Below, in pieces: positions 51,909 to 61,977 of a DNA stretch of 64,000 bases. Where the stretch lies: positions 1-64,000 of the IMG/VR virus record IMGVR_UViG_2609460227_000001; one strand, 5' to 3'. The notes below the pieces were generated by a model. That model had not been told where the DNA came from. It saw only the letters and a list, made by a program, of their open reading frames with translations, and made no database searches. This DNA comes from a virus. Taxonomy: Duplodnaviria; Caudoviricetes. Position 1 is the first letter of the stretch; every line of letters starts with the position of its first letter. The position numbers and the translations under genes are program-made.

Positions 51909-52627
51909 CAGAGCAACAACAACGCCGCAGCAATACGTCTGGCCGGTTATATGGCAGTTACCCGGCTAAAGTGGAAAGCGTGGAACATCCCAAAGGCCTA
52001 TTCATGGCCCAAGTTCGTCTTATGGGCCTATGGGATAGCGCCACCCTGGATACATTGCCCTGGGCCGAATTTCTCCTTCCCCTTGGTTGTAAGCCGGAAG
52101 CTGGCCAGCACATCCCTGTAGAGTTGGGCGATATTGTATGGGTGGATTTCCCGCGTTCGGGCGATACCCGGTACCCGCGCATTACTGGCAGTTGTTACTA
52201 CGCGCCAGACTACAAAAGTCATTTGCCTGCAGGCCAACCAGGTAAAGCCGCAGAAGGCGAGCCACCAGCACCGGAAATTACATTGAAAGATGACTTGTAT
52301 AGCCGGTTCGGGATCAGCGAGTACAAGACACACACCGGCGCATGGGGCATTGTTCATGTGGCCACGGGTACCCGATTGGAGATCAGCGAGGCGGGCATTG
52401 TGATCCATTCCGAGAAGGACAGTTTTCGTAGTTCAACCGGTAAAACGGTCGAGAAGATTGGCGGTGACTATGAGCAGTCAGTGAAAGGTGCCGTAAAGAT
52501 TGCGATTGATGGTGCCGCAGAGCTATCGGCCAGCGCGATTACCTTGAAATCAGGTGGTGCGGTGAGCATCGAGGCTGGTGGAGCATTCAATGTGAAAGCG
52601 ACAAAAGCCGACTTTAAGTTAGGGTAA
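51905..52627 (+). CDS. P1 gp5-like baseplate spike (gpV/Gp5 OB fold + beta helix)
   Basis: VESVEHPKGL..AQVR, LPWAE, GDIVWVDFP.SGDTRYP. Confidence 0.85.
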   Translation: MTEQQQRRSNTSGRLYGSYPAKVESVEHPKGLFMAQVRLMGLWDSATLDTLPWAEFLLPLGCKPEAGQHIPVELGDIVWVDFPRSGDTRYPRITGSCYYAPDYKSHLPAGQPGKAAEGEPPAPEITLKDDLYSRFGISEYKTHTGAWGIVHVATGTRLEISEAGIVIHSEKDSFRSSTGKTVEKIGGDYEQSVKGAVKIAIDGAAELSASAITLKSGGAVSIEAGGAFNVKATKADFKLG

Positions 52628-52791
52628 ATTCTGCCACCAGGTTAAAGCTGGTGGCGTCTTCAACGTGAAGGTGACAACTGATTTTCCTTCACGTTAAGGG
52701 TTAACAAAGCACACTCCGCATTTGCCAACCTCCCTCCACCAGCCGATAATCCGCAAACATCATTTAGTTGTTAGGATAAACAGGCCTTATA

Positions 52792-53077
52792 ATGCCAGGA
52801 ATAGCAATACAGGGATCAATATGCACCGGTCACGGCGGTTTTCCACCAAGGCCGAGCGTAGAAGGTTCGCCCCTATTTATCGTGAACGGGGTGCCAGCCA
52901 TGACGGACGGTAACGCATTCGCTCCACACCGCCGCCCCGAACCAACCACCGCACCCAGGCGTTGCCATGGGTAGTAGCAAATTGACCATTAACGGCAAAC
53001 CGGCCGCTCTCATTGGCGATCCCGTTTCGTGCGGATCAACCATCCTGACCGGTGACGCCACTTTCCAAACCACTTGA
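52792..53077 (+). CDS. PAAR spike-tip protein (P1 UpfC-like), indels
   Basis: CTGHGGFPPRP, VNGVPA, INGKPAALIGDPVSCGS. Confidence 0.85.
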
Positions 53078-53087
53078 GGGAATAACC

Positions 53088-53596
53088 ATGGCTAAAACCA
53101 TGTATTACGGCGTTGTAGATAAGCGCCATCTAGTAGACATCGCCAAAGCGGTGTGTGAGGTACTGGGGAACGGGAACGGTTATGCCGTGCCTATGCTGGT
53201 GGAGACATGCGCAGCAGAAACATTGCTGGCCACGTTTAAGGATCCTACGCGTTATGGCGCGGGCACCAGTTGCATGCAAGTAGATGAAGGTACGTTCGAC
53301 TGGCTGAAAGATAAATTCAAAGGCCGTATGGACAACGATTTGTTGAAGAAGGCTTCAACATTGACCTGGCCAAAGTGGAATACCGCGAACTTGAACTAAG
53401 CCCGGTCCTGGGAATGATTTTTGCTCGCCTACGTTACAAGACGGTACCCGAGTCTATCCCGGCAACGCTGGAAGGTCGCGCCGCGTACTGGAAACAGCAT
53501 TACAACTCATACCATCCAAACGCTGCCGGTTCTTCCGATGGCTATATCAGCAAGTGCGCCAAGTGCGACACGGCCACACTACTTGGCTCTCTATAA
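53088..53596 (+). CDS. Putative endolysin (lysozyme-like fold), indel near 53355
   Basis: ETCAAET, MQVD..TF, IFARLRY...PESIP.TLEGRAAYWK.HYN; upstream of a holin-like gene. Confidence 0.65.
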
Positions 53597-53725
53597 TGGC
53601 GGCTAATTATGTCTGACTACCTAAAACGCTGCGTGAAAGCAGTGAATTACGCGTGTACGCACGTCAACGTCGTGATTTGAAGAAACCAAGTACACCACCA
53701 GCAACAAAACAGGAGAACGCCACCG

Positions 53726-54145
53726 ATGCGCCTAACCGTTGATAACTACCAGGCACAGTTACCGATCCCGTTGTGTTGTGTTATCGACCTGGCGGCAAAG
53801 TGCGCTTACGAGGCCGTGCGTCACATCCACAATGGAGCATCGCCAGTAGATACCCATAAGCCACCATTCGATGCCAAGTTGCCGCAGTGTAAGGGCATGA
53901 TTAATGCCGTGCTGGCGTTCTTTCAAGATCCACCAGCAAGCGAAGCTGATAACCATAACCGCTGGGTTGAATCGAAAGTCTCTCAGGATTGGATTTACGG
54001 CATCGAGTACAGCGAAGACCTAAAGCAATCACCAGACATCATCGACTATCAATCACTATCGCCATTATCCAAAGCGAAGAACGCGGCCTTTTACGGCGTG
54101 TGTTTGGCGGCGGTGATGCCATTTATTCAAAGTAAGGGCGAGTAA
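53726..54145 (+). CDS. RyR-repeat domain protein
   Basis: HNRWVESKVSQDWIYG...KQSPDIIDYQSLSPLSKAKN matches the RyR consensus H..W...K...GW.YG...HP.L.PY..L...K.KD. Confidence 0.7.
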   Translation: MRLTVDNYQAQLPIPLCCVIDLAAKCAYEAVRHIHNGASPVDTHKPPFDAKLPQCKGMINAVLAFFQDPPASEADNHNRWVESKVSQDWIYGIEYSEDLKQSPDIIDYQSLSPLSKAKNAAFYGVCLAAVMPFIQSKGE

Positions 54146-54482
54146 TGGGACTGCTAACGGATTTCCTGTTTAAAGATAAACGCAAAGAGGCGTCAGGGAT
54201 CATCGATTCAATTGGTGACACCTGCGATAAGTTGTTCACGTCTGACGAAGAACGCAAGGAAATGCAGGTTAAGCTAGATCGCCTGCAGGCACTAAACAAA
54301 AGCACGTTTGTTGCTGGTGGACGTTCGGCATTGATGTATGCGTGGGTATTGTCCTGGTTTATCAGGCAGTGGTCCGTGACTGGCTGGCTATCGTGTATGG
54401 CGTTGAACATCTACCAAAGGCGGCCATTGACGTTCAAACCATGGCCATGACGCTCATTAAGCTGTTTGCGGGGGCGTTGTAA
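54145..54482 (+). CDS. Holin (3TM/GTA-type), indel near 54340
   Basis: DKLFTSDEER...STFVAGGRSAL followed by hydrophobic segments in the shifted frame. Confidence 0.7.
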
Positions 54483-54913
54483 TGTTTTCTGCCGTTGTTG
54501 TTTGCTGGACTGGGTACCAGCATATCGCCGTTATGACGAGTAACTATGACGAGATCCTGAGTGAAACCCAGTCAAACGAAATGAACATTGTCGAACGTCT
54601 TCACAAGGCCAACGTTTCTAAAGTGGCCGTGCGTGCGTGCAATGATCATATTGGTATCGTGAATACACTGATTGCTGCCGGGTTCGATGTCACTGCCTTC
54701 AATCCCAACGAAGAAGCGACCCGTCCTGAGTTTGCGAACCGTGCCGCTCAGACCTGGTTTGAACTCACCGGCAATAACTTTGATGACCGACCATCCGTAT
54801 CGGTATTGCGTCAATCACAGTCTACTGGACTATGGCGACTCAATAACTCATGCAAACGGAACAACGACATTTGGGTGAGCATCATCCAGCATCGCGCCCA
54901 AGCCAGCGCATAA
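54482..54913 (+). CDS. Hypothetical protein
   Basis: 143-aa ORF coupled to the holin stop. Confidence 0.5.
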   Translation: MFSAVVVCWTGYQHIAVMTSNYDEILSETQSNEMNIVERLHKANVSKVAVRACNDHIGIVNTLIAAGFDVTAFNPNEEATRPEFANRAAQTWFELTGNNFDDRPSVSVLRQSQSTGLWRLNNSCKRNNDIWVSIIQHRAQASA

Positions 54914-54954
54914 ACCGGCACCCCACCCCGCGCCCTAACTTTAAGGGCAAATTA

Positions 54955-56131
54955 ATGCACCAATTAATGCGTGGCGACTGCTTAGAGCTAATGAAAAGTC
55001 TGCCAGATAACTCCGTTGATTCCATTGTGACTGATCCCCCGTATGGGATCTCATTTATGAACAAAAAATGGGATAAAGGTGTTCCACCAGCAGCCGTATG
55101 GCTGAATGCCTACGTGTATTAAAGCCTGGTGGTTATTTACTAGCGTTTGCTGGCACAAGAACTCAACACAGAATGGCGACGAACATCGAAGATTCTGGAT
55201 TTGAAATTAAAGATATGATCGCATGGGTGTATGGTTCCGGCTGGCCTAAATCAATGGATATTTCAAAAGCTATTGATAAGCGGCTAGGTGCCACTCGTGA
55301 AGTTATTGGTGAGAACCCCAACGCCAAAGGAAGGAAGTCAAACAAAAGCCAAATTGCAGGCACCGGTGGAACTTATGGCGCAAATGACGAGAAACGAATT
55401 TCCACTTTAACAAAACCAGCAACCGTTGAAGCTGAACAATGGGAAGGATGGGGCACGGCACTAAAGCCCGCGCTTGAACCAATCACCGTAGCAAGAAAGC
55501 CACACAAAGGGACCATTGCCGCGAATATCCTTACGCATGGTGTCGGTGGTATCAATATTGAAAAATGCCGCGTTGAAGCGGAGTCCGAATACCTATCACT
55601 TAATGTAAAGCAAGGCGGGAAAACGCCTAGCGGTGGATTAATGTCTGAACTCGGCACTGCTCGAAATGACAATTTCACACCAGCAAGCGGAAGATTCCCG
55701 GCAAACCTTATTCATGATGGCAGTGACGAGGTTATTAGGCTTTTCCCCGCAAATGCCGGCGCTGCAGCAAAGGTAAAAGGCAACGAGCCGAGCAGTGTGC
55801 ATGGCAATATCTATGGTGCAATGGCCAGGGATGAAGGCAAGTTTTATGGTGATAAAGGTAGTGCGGCCCGTTTCTTCTATTGCGCAAAAGCATGCCGCTC
55901 AGATAGAACGAACAACGGTACGGTTTCAAATAAGCACGTAACAGTTAAACCCACAGATCTCATGCGCTATTTGTGCCGACTTGTGACGCTCCTGGTGGCG
56001 TCGTCTTAGATCCATTTATGGGTTCTGGCAGTACAGGTAAAGCAGCCAAATTGGAAGGATTCAATTTTATCGGGATGGAAATTGAGGAAGATTCCTTTAA
56101 TACCGCAGTGTGTCGTATTGAGGGGGCATAA
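54955..56131 (+). CDS. DNA N6-adenine/N4-cytosine methyltransferase (beta class), indels
   Basis: GDCLELM..LPDNSVDSIVTDPPY, RVLKPGG, HVTVKP..LMRYLCRLV, VLDPFMGSGSTG. Confidence 0.9.
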
Positions 56132-56895
56132 TGTTAGATACACCCGAGCAAATAGATCAGTTCAACCAATTCCAGGACGCCGGTGGCTGTCAGTTACCGG
56201 CCTCTCATCCTATCGCTATCAAACTGCAGTCAGACGCCCCGGCATTATCGGCGGCGTTCCTGGCCACCATCGATGCCGAGTTAGATTACACCGCCGACGG
56301 TATCCAGGATTTACCTGCAGTGATCACCACCCTGGCCAATGAATGTGACAAAGTAAGCCCGGCCGCTAAAGCATGGACCGACTACATAGACCTGGCGGCA
56401 AAGCCAGACGATTTAATGCAAGTGTCTATTGGCGTTGATGTCATGTGCAAGGTGGCCAATAAGCCTAATGACAAGCCCGCAGCCAGTACGATCCCTATTA
56501 CCGATGGCACAGCAGTAACAACGCTTAAAAACGCCGTGGCGACCATTTCAGGCAAGCAGGCGGGCATACAATCGTTAATGTCCCAAATTAACGCGGCTAT
56601 CACCCCTCCTGTTGCTCCTAGCGGCCCCGGTGCTGGTGGCGGTGCAACGTTACCGCCGCCACCATTGCCGGATGACCTAAAAGATCAAGCCATGGCAATG
56701 ATCGCAGACCTGGAACCATTGAAAGGCAGCGTGACGGCCACCAGCAATACCGTGGCCAAACAGGCCGCAGATGCCAGCAGTGAAAGGACCACCGCACTAA
56801 AGGCATTTGCTGATGCCGTTAGCGTAACGATTATTGGCACCGGCAAGGACAACGCGGCGATAAAAGATGCAATTAATGCAATTTCTCCCATCTAA
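56131..56895 (+). CDS. upfB: P1 UpfB-like virion protein
   Basis: LMQVSIGVDVMCKVAN and GGGATLPPPPL correspond to P1 UpfB LLQLDIGWDVYCRAN and GGGTATPPPAL. Confidence 0.65.
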   Translation: MLDTPEQIDQFNQFQDAGGCQLPASHPIAIKLQSDAPALSAAFLATIDAELDYTADGIQDLPAVITTLANECDKVSPAAKAWTDYIDLAAKPDDLMQVSIGVDVMCKVANKPNDKPAASTIPITDGTAVTTLKNAVATISGKQAGIQSLMSQINAAITPPVAPSGPGAGGGATLPPPPLPDDLKDQAMAMIADLEPLKGSVTATSNTVAKQAADASSERTTALKAFADAVSVTIIGTGKDNAAIKDAINAISPI

Positions 56896-57077
56896 TTTTC
56901 AATGCCCTGATAAAACGCGCTTTTAGATAGTGATTCATTAACACAATGGGGTGAAGCGTTAAAAAATCACCCCAATAACAACCACTTACGCCGTTAGTGG
57001 TCACTATTAAACCGTTTTATTCTCCCTTAAACTCTGTCTGATTTTTTCCTAACAAACCAACAAAGACACAGGTAAAA

Positions 57078-58721
57078 ATGGACCAGAAACAACGTTTTCA
57101 GGCTCGCGTAGAAGACATTTCAATGCGTGCCCAGCAAATGCGCGAACTATGCGTAAATAGCCAATTCGATAAAGCCAGCGGTGCCTATATCGACGATCCT
57201 GCAGCACGCCTAGCCGCTATCGATGGCGTAGCAGCAACAATGCCAATGTTTGAGTCACTAACAGAAGGCCATCGCCGCGAAGTTGTATCAGCAATGGCAT
57301 CGTCTGTTGTTGAATACGAAAAGCAATTCGGTGAGTTACCGCGTGACGAAGTATTCGCAGCCGCACACAAAGCAATGGAAAACATGCTGATCCTAGAAGG
57401 TGCGAACAAGGCTGGTAACGAAGGCCAGATGATGATGGAGTCAATCGGCTCATCACTATCTGAATCAAGCGGCGTTGAGATCCGCGCAAAAATGGTCGGC
57501 CTAATCCTTCCAACCATGCTTGCAACGGCAACGTCTGACGCAGTGACTTACATTCCTGGTGCAAACGACGAAGTTGAGATCTTCAAAGTACGTCGTGTAG
57601 CCGGTTCAAACTTTGGCGACCTAAAGCGCGGTGAAGAAATTGACTCAACGACTGTTGGCCAATACTCACAGATGCGCCAGCGTTACAAATTCCCTGCAGC
57701 GCAGCAGCCAGACGGCACTAAGACAGAATTTGCATTCAAGGCAAAAACTGACCTTTCCATGGGTATCGACATTCCTGTTAAGAAAGGTACTGCCGCTATC
57801 TACTACAACCGTCGTCGCGTAGCTACTGACTTTGATCAGAAGAACGGCCGCCTATACGGTGAAGTCCCACAAACTGACGGCACCATGATTTCAATCAGCG
57901 GTACCGTGGACTACACAAACTGCTCTATCGTTGTTACCCCTGCCACCGCGCTTCCTGCCGGTGAATTGCATGTAATGTTCGAGATCGACATCGAGGCCTC
58001 TCCTGAGTTGATCCCAACCATCGATCACGACATGACATCTTGCAAGCTACGTCCTAGCCAAGCGGCAATTGCTGCAGACGCGACTATCCAAGCAATGTTT
58101 GCAATGAACCGCGAATACAATATCGACCTGAAATCAATGCAGATGTCGCACCTACGCAACTTCCTAGCGAACGAGAAAGCAGTCCGTCACTTGACTGACA
58201 TCGACTTTGCGTGTGTGAACGAATCAACGTTCAACCTGTACTGCCCTGCAGACGCAGACTGGAAACTACACCGCGAACTACTACGCCAAACACTGCTAAA
58301 CATCTCCACCAACATTCTTGAGCTAACTAAAACTGTTGGCTTGATCGGTATGTTTGCAGGCCGCCAGGCTTGTACCGTTCTTAAATCAATGGGCCCAGAC
58401 TTCTTCCAGCCAGCAGCCGGCTACCAGCAGACCAACAACATCCATTTCGCTGGTACGTTGTTCGGCATGTGGAAGGTGTACGAAGCACCGATCGTTATCG
58501 GCGAATGGGACGTGCTTTGTTACGGCCGTGGTGCGTCACACTCTGACGCTGGTTATGTGGCTGGCGATGCAATCCCAGCAACTATGTACAACCACCCGAT
58601 CGGTACGAACCTACGTTCACGCAACACCCTATGGGAACTTGCATACGGCGAGGTTCACCCATTCGACGGTGCGAACTACTTCCACCGCCTACACCTAGTT
58701 GACGTTGCGCCAACAAAATAA
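57078..58721 (+). CDS. Major capsid protein (P1 gp23)
   Basis: 547 aa; ILPTMLATATSDAVTYIP, YSQMRQRY, ELIPTIDH, VAGDAIPA, RNTLW; upstream of the sheath gene. Confidence 0.92.
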   Translation: MDQKQRFQARVEDISMRAQQMRELCVNSQFDKASGAYIDDPAARLAAIDGVAATMPMFESLTEGHRREVVSAMASSVVEYEKQFGELPRDEVFAAAHKAMENMLILEGANKAGNEGQMMMESIGSSLSESSGVEIRAKMVGLILPTMLATATSDAVTYIPGANDEVEIFKVRRVAGSNFGDLKRGEEIDSTTVGQYSQMRQRYKFPAAQQPDGTKTEFAFKAKTDLSMGIDIPVKKGTAAIYYNRRRVATDFDQKNGRLYGEVPQTDGTMISISGTVDYTNCSIVVTPATALPAGELHVMFEIDIEASPELIPTIDHDMTSCKLRPSQAAIAADATIQAMFAMNREYNIDLKSMQMSHLRNFLANEKAVRHLTDIDFACVNESTFNLYCPADADWKLHRELLRQTLLNISTNILELTKTVGLIGMFAGRQACTVLKSMGPDFFQPAAGYQQTNNIHFAGTLFGMWKVYEAPIVIGEWDVLCYGRGASHSDAGYVAGDAIPATMYNHPIGTNLRSRNTLWELAYGEVHPFDGANYFHRLHLVDVAPTK

Positions 58722-58776
58722 GCATTTTTATCCTAACGAACGGATAGGTTAACGCCTATCCGTTAATGGTGACGCA

Positions 58777-59052
58777 ATGATTACTATCGAAATCACAAAC
58801 CCAACTAGCGGAAACATCACGGTAATGAACCGTGTGATCCGTCCTACCGGCGATAAGCCGATGCTGGTGGCCATTGAGCCTGCTCGATTGCATGAGTTCA
58901 CCGCCACGCTGTCACTTTGCGGCCTTTCTTTCCAGGTGCAAGAGGAAAAGAAAAAAGCCAAGAAAACCACCGCTAACCCGTCACGTCGTGCCACCAGCAC
59001 GCAAAAGAACGAAGCGGAACCAGACGTTAATCAATCGGAAGTCACTGAGTAA
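58777..59052 (+). CDS. Small hypothetical protein between capsid and sheath
   Basis: 91-aa ORF; TAATG coupling to the sheath gene. Confidence 0.55.
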   Translation: MITIEITNPTSGNITVMNRVIRPTGDKPMLVAIEPARLHEFTATLSLCGLSFQVQEEKKKAKKTTANPSRRATSTQKNEAEPDVNQSEVTE

Positions 59053-60626
59053 TGGAAATCCCATACACACTAACTAACGTCGCCGAAACAGTGGTCGCGC
59101 CTATCAATGCAGATGCCACGCTATCCACTGGCGGCGCAGGCAACGCCCTGATTTTTGCAGGCGTTGTTATCAGCCAAAAGGGTAAGCCATTTGAGCCTAT
59201 CCATATCAGCAAAGACAATTATTCCGCTCTATTGGGTAAGCCATATCACCCAAGCAAGGGCCAGATTGCCGAACCAATGCGCCATGTTGCCGAGGCGGTA
59301 CCAGGTGGCACAGGTATTGTTGTTCGCGTTGTTCCTGACACGGCTAAATTCCCACTAATCCGTATCAAATCGGGTGAAGGTAACGTATTTACGGCCGAAG
59401 CTGACGCACTGCCATACTCAACCGCGCTAACGCTAGACGAAGGCGCTAACGAAGTCATGGCCATCTACGTAGACGACGGCGCTATTGCAGCAAACCGCGC
59501 AGTAGAAATTGCTGTTGCTGACGCTGAAATGTTCGGTGCCAACATGCTGCAACTTGTTGTTACTGAAACTGACAGTGCAGGTAACGACGCACAGATTGAG
59601 AAATTCATCGTATCGATGGATCCAGAAGCGACCGACGACATGGGCATGCCTGCTTATATCGAAACCGTGCTTGAATCTCAGTCTAAAACCATTCGTGCGC
59701 TAGTTTCCCCAACTTGCCCGCACACATTGGGTGCCATTGCTAAAACGACGTTTGTGGGCGGTACAGAAGGCGATCTTTCTACGCTAACCACTGAGAACTA
59801 CGCAAAAGCAATTGCCGTGCTAAACGCAAGCGTGATCGGCTACACCAACGTGCTAGGCCTTGGCTGTTACGACGTACCAACCATTAAGGCGCTAATCGAC
59901 ATTTGTAACCGTCGCCGTATCGGTGGCTTTTTCGATGTTGATCCTCGCTTGAGCTACGCAGCAGCGTGTACTGCTAAAAACGACATGGCGATTGCTGATC
60001 ACCGTGCTTGTTTCTACCACATGCCATTCGACTGCATTGACCCGACATACCGTTGTCGTGCTGTTTGGGGCTTATCTGGCGTTGCATTCCGTGCGAAAGC
60101 GGCTGGCGTTGCCCTAACGGCACCATATGGCGGCTACCACTACACGCCTGCAGGTGAAACCCGAGCAATCATTTCACGTACTGGCCTGCGCCAACTACGT
60201 ACTGCCGGTGTTCCTGACTACCAGCAGATGTACCGCTCACGCATCAACAAACTAGCAAGCAACCGTGCAGGCTTTTTGTTTATCGATGACTCCCTCACTG
60301 CGTGTCCTAAAGAGAACTACCTGCGATTTGAGCAGATCGTTTCTGTTGCTGACTCAATCAGCCGCGAGTTTGTACAGCTATCCAATGCCCTTAAGCACGA
60401 ACCAGACGGCGTTACTTACGAAGGCCTAGTTAAAGGCATGACAACGATCCTTGATGGCTACGTGTCGATGAATGCTCTTGTACCACCAACGGATCCAACT
60501 GACGGCAAAGAACCTTACAAGTTGATTGTCGAGAAGATGGATAAAGACGCATGGCGTATTCGCTGGGCTATCTCCGTTACCGGTTCGGGCCGCCGATTCT
60601 TTGGCGAACCAATTCTTCTTAAGTAA
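59052..60626 (+). CDS. Contractile tail sheath (P1 gp22)
   Basis: PINADATLSTG, GKPF, VRVVPDTAKFP, VLGLGCYD, LKHEPDGVT, GSGRR..GEPIL. Confidence 0.92.
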   Translation: MEIPYTLTNVAETVVAPINADATLSTGGAGNALIFAGVVISQKGKPFEPIHISKDNYSALLGKPYHPSKGQIAEPMRHVAEAVPGGTGIVVRVVPDTAKFPLIRIKSGEGNVFTAEADALPYSTALTLDEGANEVMAIYVDDGAIAANRAVEIAVADAEMFGANMLQLVVTETDSAGNDAQIEKFIVSMDPEATDDMGMPAYIETVLESQSKTIRALVSPTCPHTLGAIAKTTFVGGTEGDLSTLTTENYAKAIAVLNASVIGYTNVLGLGCYDVPTIKALIDICNRRRIGGFFDVDPRLSYAAACTAKNDMAIADHRACFYHMPFDCIDPTYRCRAVWGLSGVAFRAKAAGVALTAPYGGYHYTPAGETRAIISRTGLRQLRTAGVPDYQQMYRSRINKLASNRAGFLFIDDSLTACPKENYLRFEQIVSVADSISREFVQLSNALKHEPDGVTYEGLVKGMTTILDGYVSMNALVPPTDPTDGKEPYKLIVEKMDKDAWRIRWAISVTGSGRRFFGEPILLK

Positions 60627-60635
60627 GGGCAGACG

Positions 60636-61344
60636 ATGAGCAAATCACTATTCACGGCTGGCGCAACGCTGGCACCGACCTCGCTATCAATGGTGGCGGC
60701 GTTATCTGCTCAAGAAGCAGCAAATCGCAGCAGGAACCAAAAGAGCCAAACGAAATCAGCGAAGCCATGTTTTTTGAAAGCATGAAAGACGACGTAATGC
60801 TTGAAGCAATGAGCAAAGCGGCGGCCACCAGCATGCGCCAGGGTGCGGCTGCGGCCGTGGTCCAGTGGATCGAAGATGGCGATTCAGAAGCCGACGCGTT
60901 TGAAGCTATGGCCTATGGCCTGGCTGGTGGCGATGACGGCGATGAGCTAACCGACGAGCAGGCAGAAGACTTTAACGAGTACCTGGCCTTATGTCTGATT
61001 TCTGTTTGCAAGCAGGCGCATCGGCTAATGACGTTCAGGCACTTGTTGACGGTGACGATGACGCATCAGACGCCGTTTTCACCTCAGTTGAAAAGGCCAT
61101 TGGTGGCAAGTCGGAAGACGAATTGATCGCGGAATTTGGCGTTCGTGAAACGCTAATGAACGAAGCGATCAAGAAAGTCGTGCGTGACGGCAAGGTGGTA
61201 ACGATCAACACCAATAAGCGTAAGCGCAAGATGACTGCAGCACAGAAAGCAGCCCTTAAAAAAGCACGCCTTAAAGCGCATTCAAGCTCGGCTAAGGCAG
61301 CCCGTAAGAAGGCGATGAAAACTCGCCATTCTCGCGGCATGTAA
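60636..61344 (+). CDS. P1 gp21-like protein (acidic body, basic tail), indels
   Basis: KKVVRDGKV...RKRKMTAAQKAALKKARLKAH; synteny 23-22-21. Confidence 0.75.
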
Positions 61345-61356
61345 GGGCGTTAACCA

Positions 61357-61969
61357 ATGGCAGCAAAAACAGTAGGCGTGACAGGCGATGACGGGGTGCA
61401 TGACTCCCTGAAAGTGGCCATCACCCAAGACTTAGGCAATGGCCCTATTACTGTCATTGGTTACATGTTGGAAGGCTCGAATTTCAGTCTATCTAGCGCC
61501 TGGGAAGCACCATTGACGGCGATCACCTGGCAATGCAGGTATCGCCGACAAATTCGTGAAGATCTACCAGCCAACGACGGGACCACGTTCAAAACGCAAT
61601 TTAACTCGCAATCAATCTGGGAAGCACCGAGCCGCCAGAACTATCGCTGACCTTGTATTTTCATGCTTACGCAGACGCGAAAGCAGAAGTCGATGAGCCA
61701 ATTAAATACCTCCTTCAATTCGCCAGCCCTGAACTCAAAGAGGGTTCTATCGACGCGATCGTAAGTGAAGGATCATGGGACGGGAGCCAATGCCCGCCAT
61801 GTTCGACATCGGCCGACAATTCAAAATCAGCATGCGCGTTAAAGACGTGAGTTTTGACCTCACGGCCCCTAAAACCGAAGACGGCTATTTCGCTTACAAC
61901 ACCGTGACCCTGACCTGCTCACCGAAGCAAATGTACAACCGTTCACAAATCCCTCAGATCTTTAAGTAG
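61357..61969 (+). CDS. pmgG: PmgG homologue (indels)
   Basis: DGVHDSLKV, VIGY..EG, WEAP, FDIGR, DVSFDL.APK. Confidence 0.75.
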
Positions 61970-61977
61970 GTAAATTT

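Noticed and set aside
128-61969. Dozens of frameshifted genes read as pseudogenes or programmed frameshifts
   Set aside because: Breaks are single-base indels, often in homopolymers, spread through essential genes (prt, pro, darB, pacA, parM), with no accumulation of nonsense codons; this pattern is typical of unpolished long-read assembly. Read polishing is needed to confirm.
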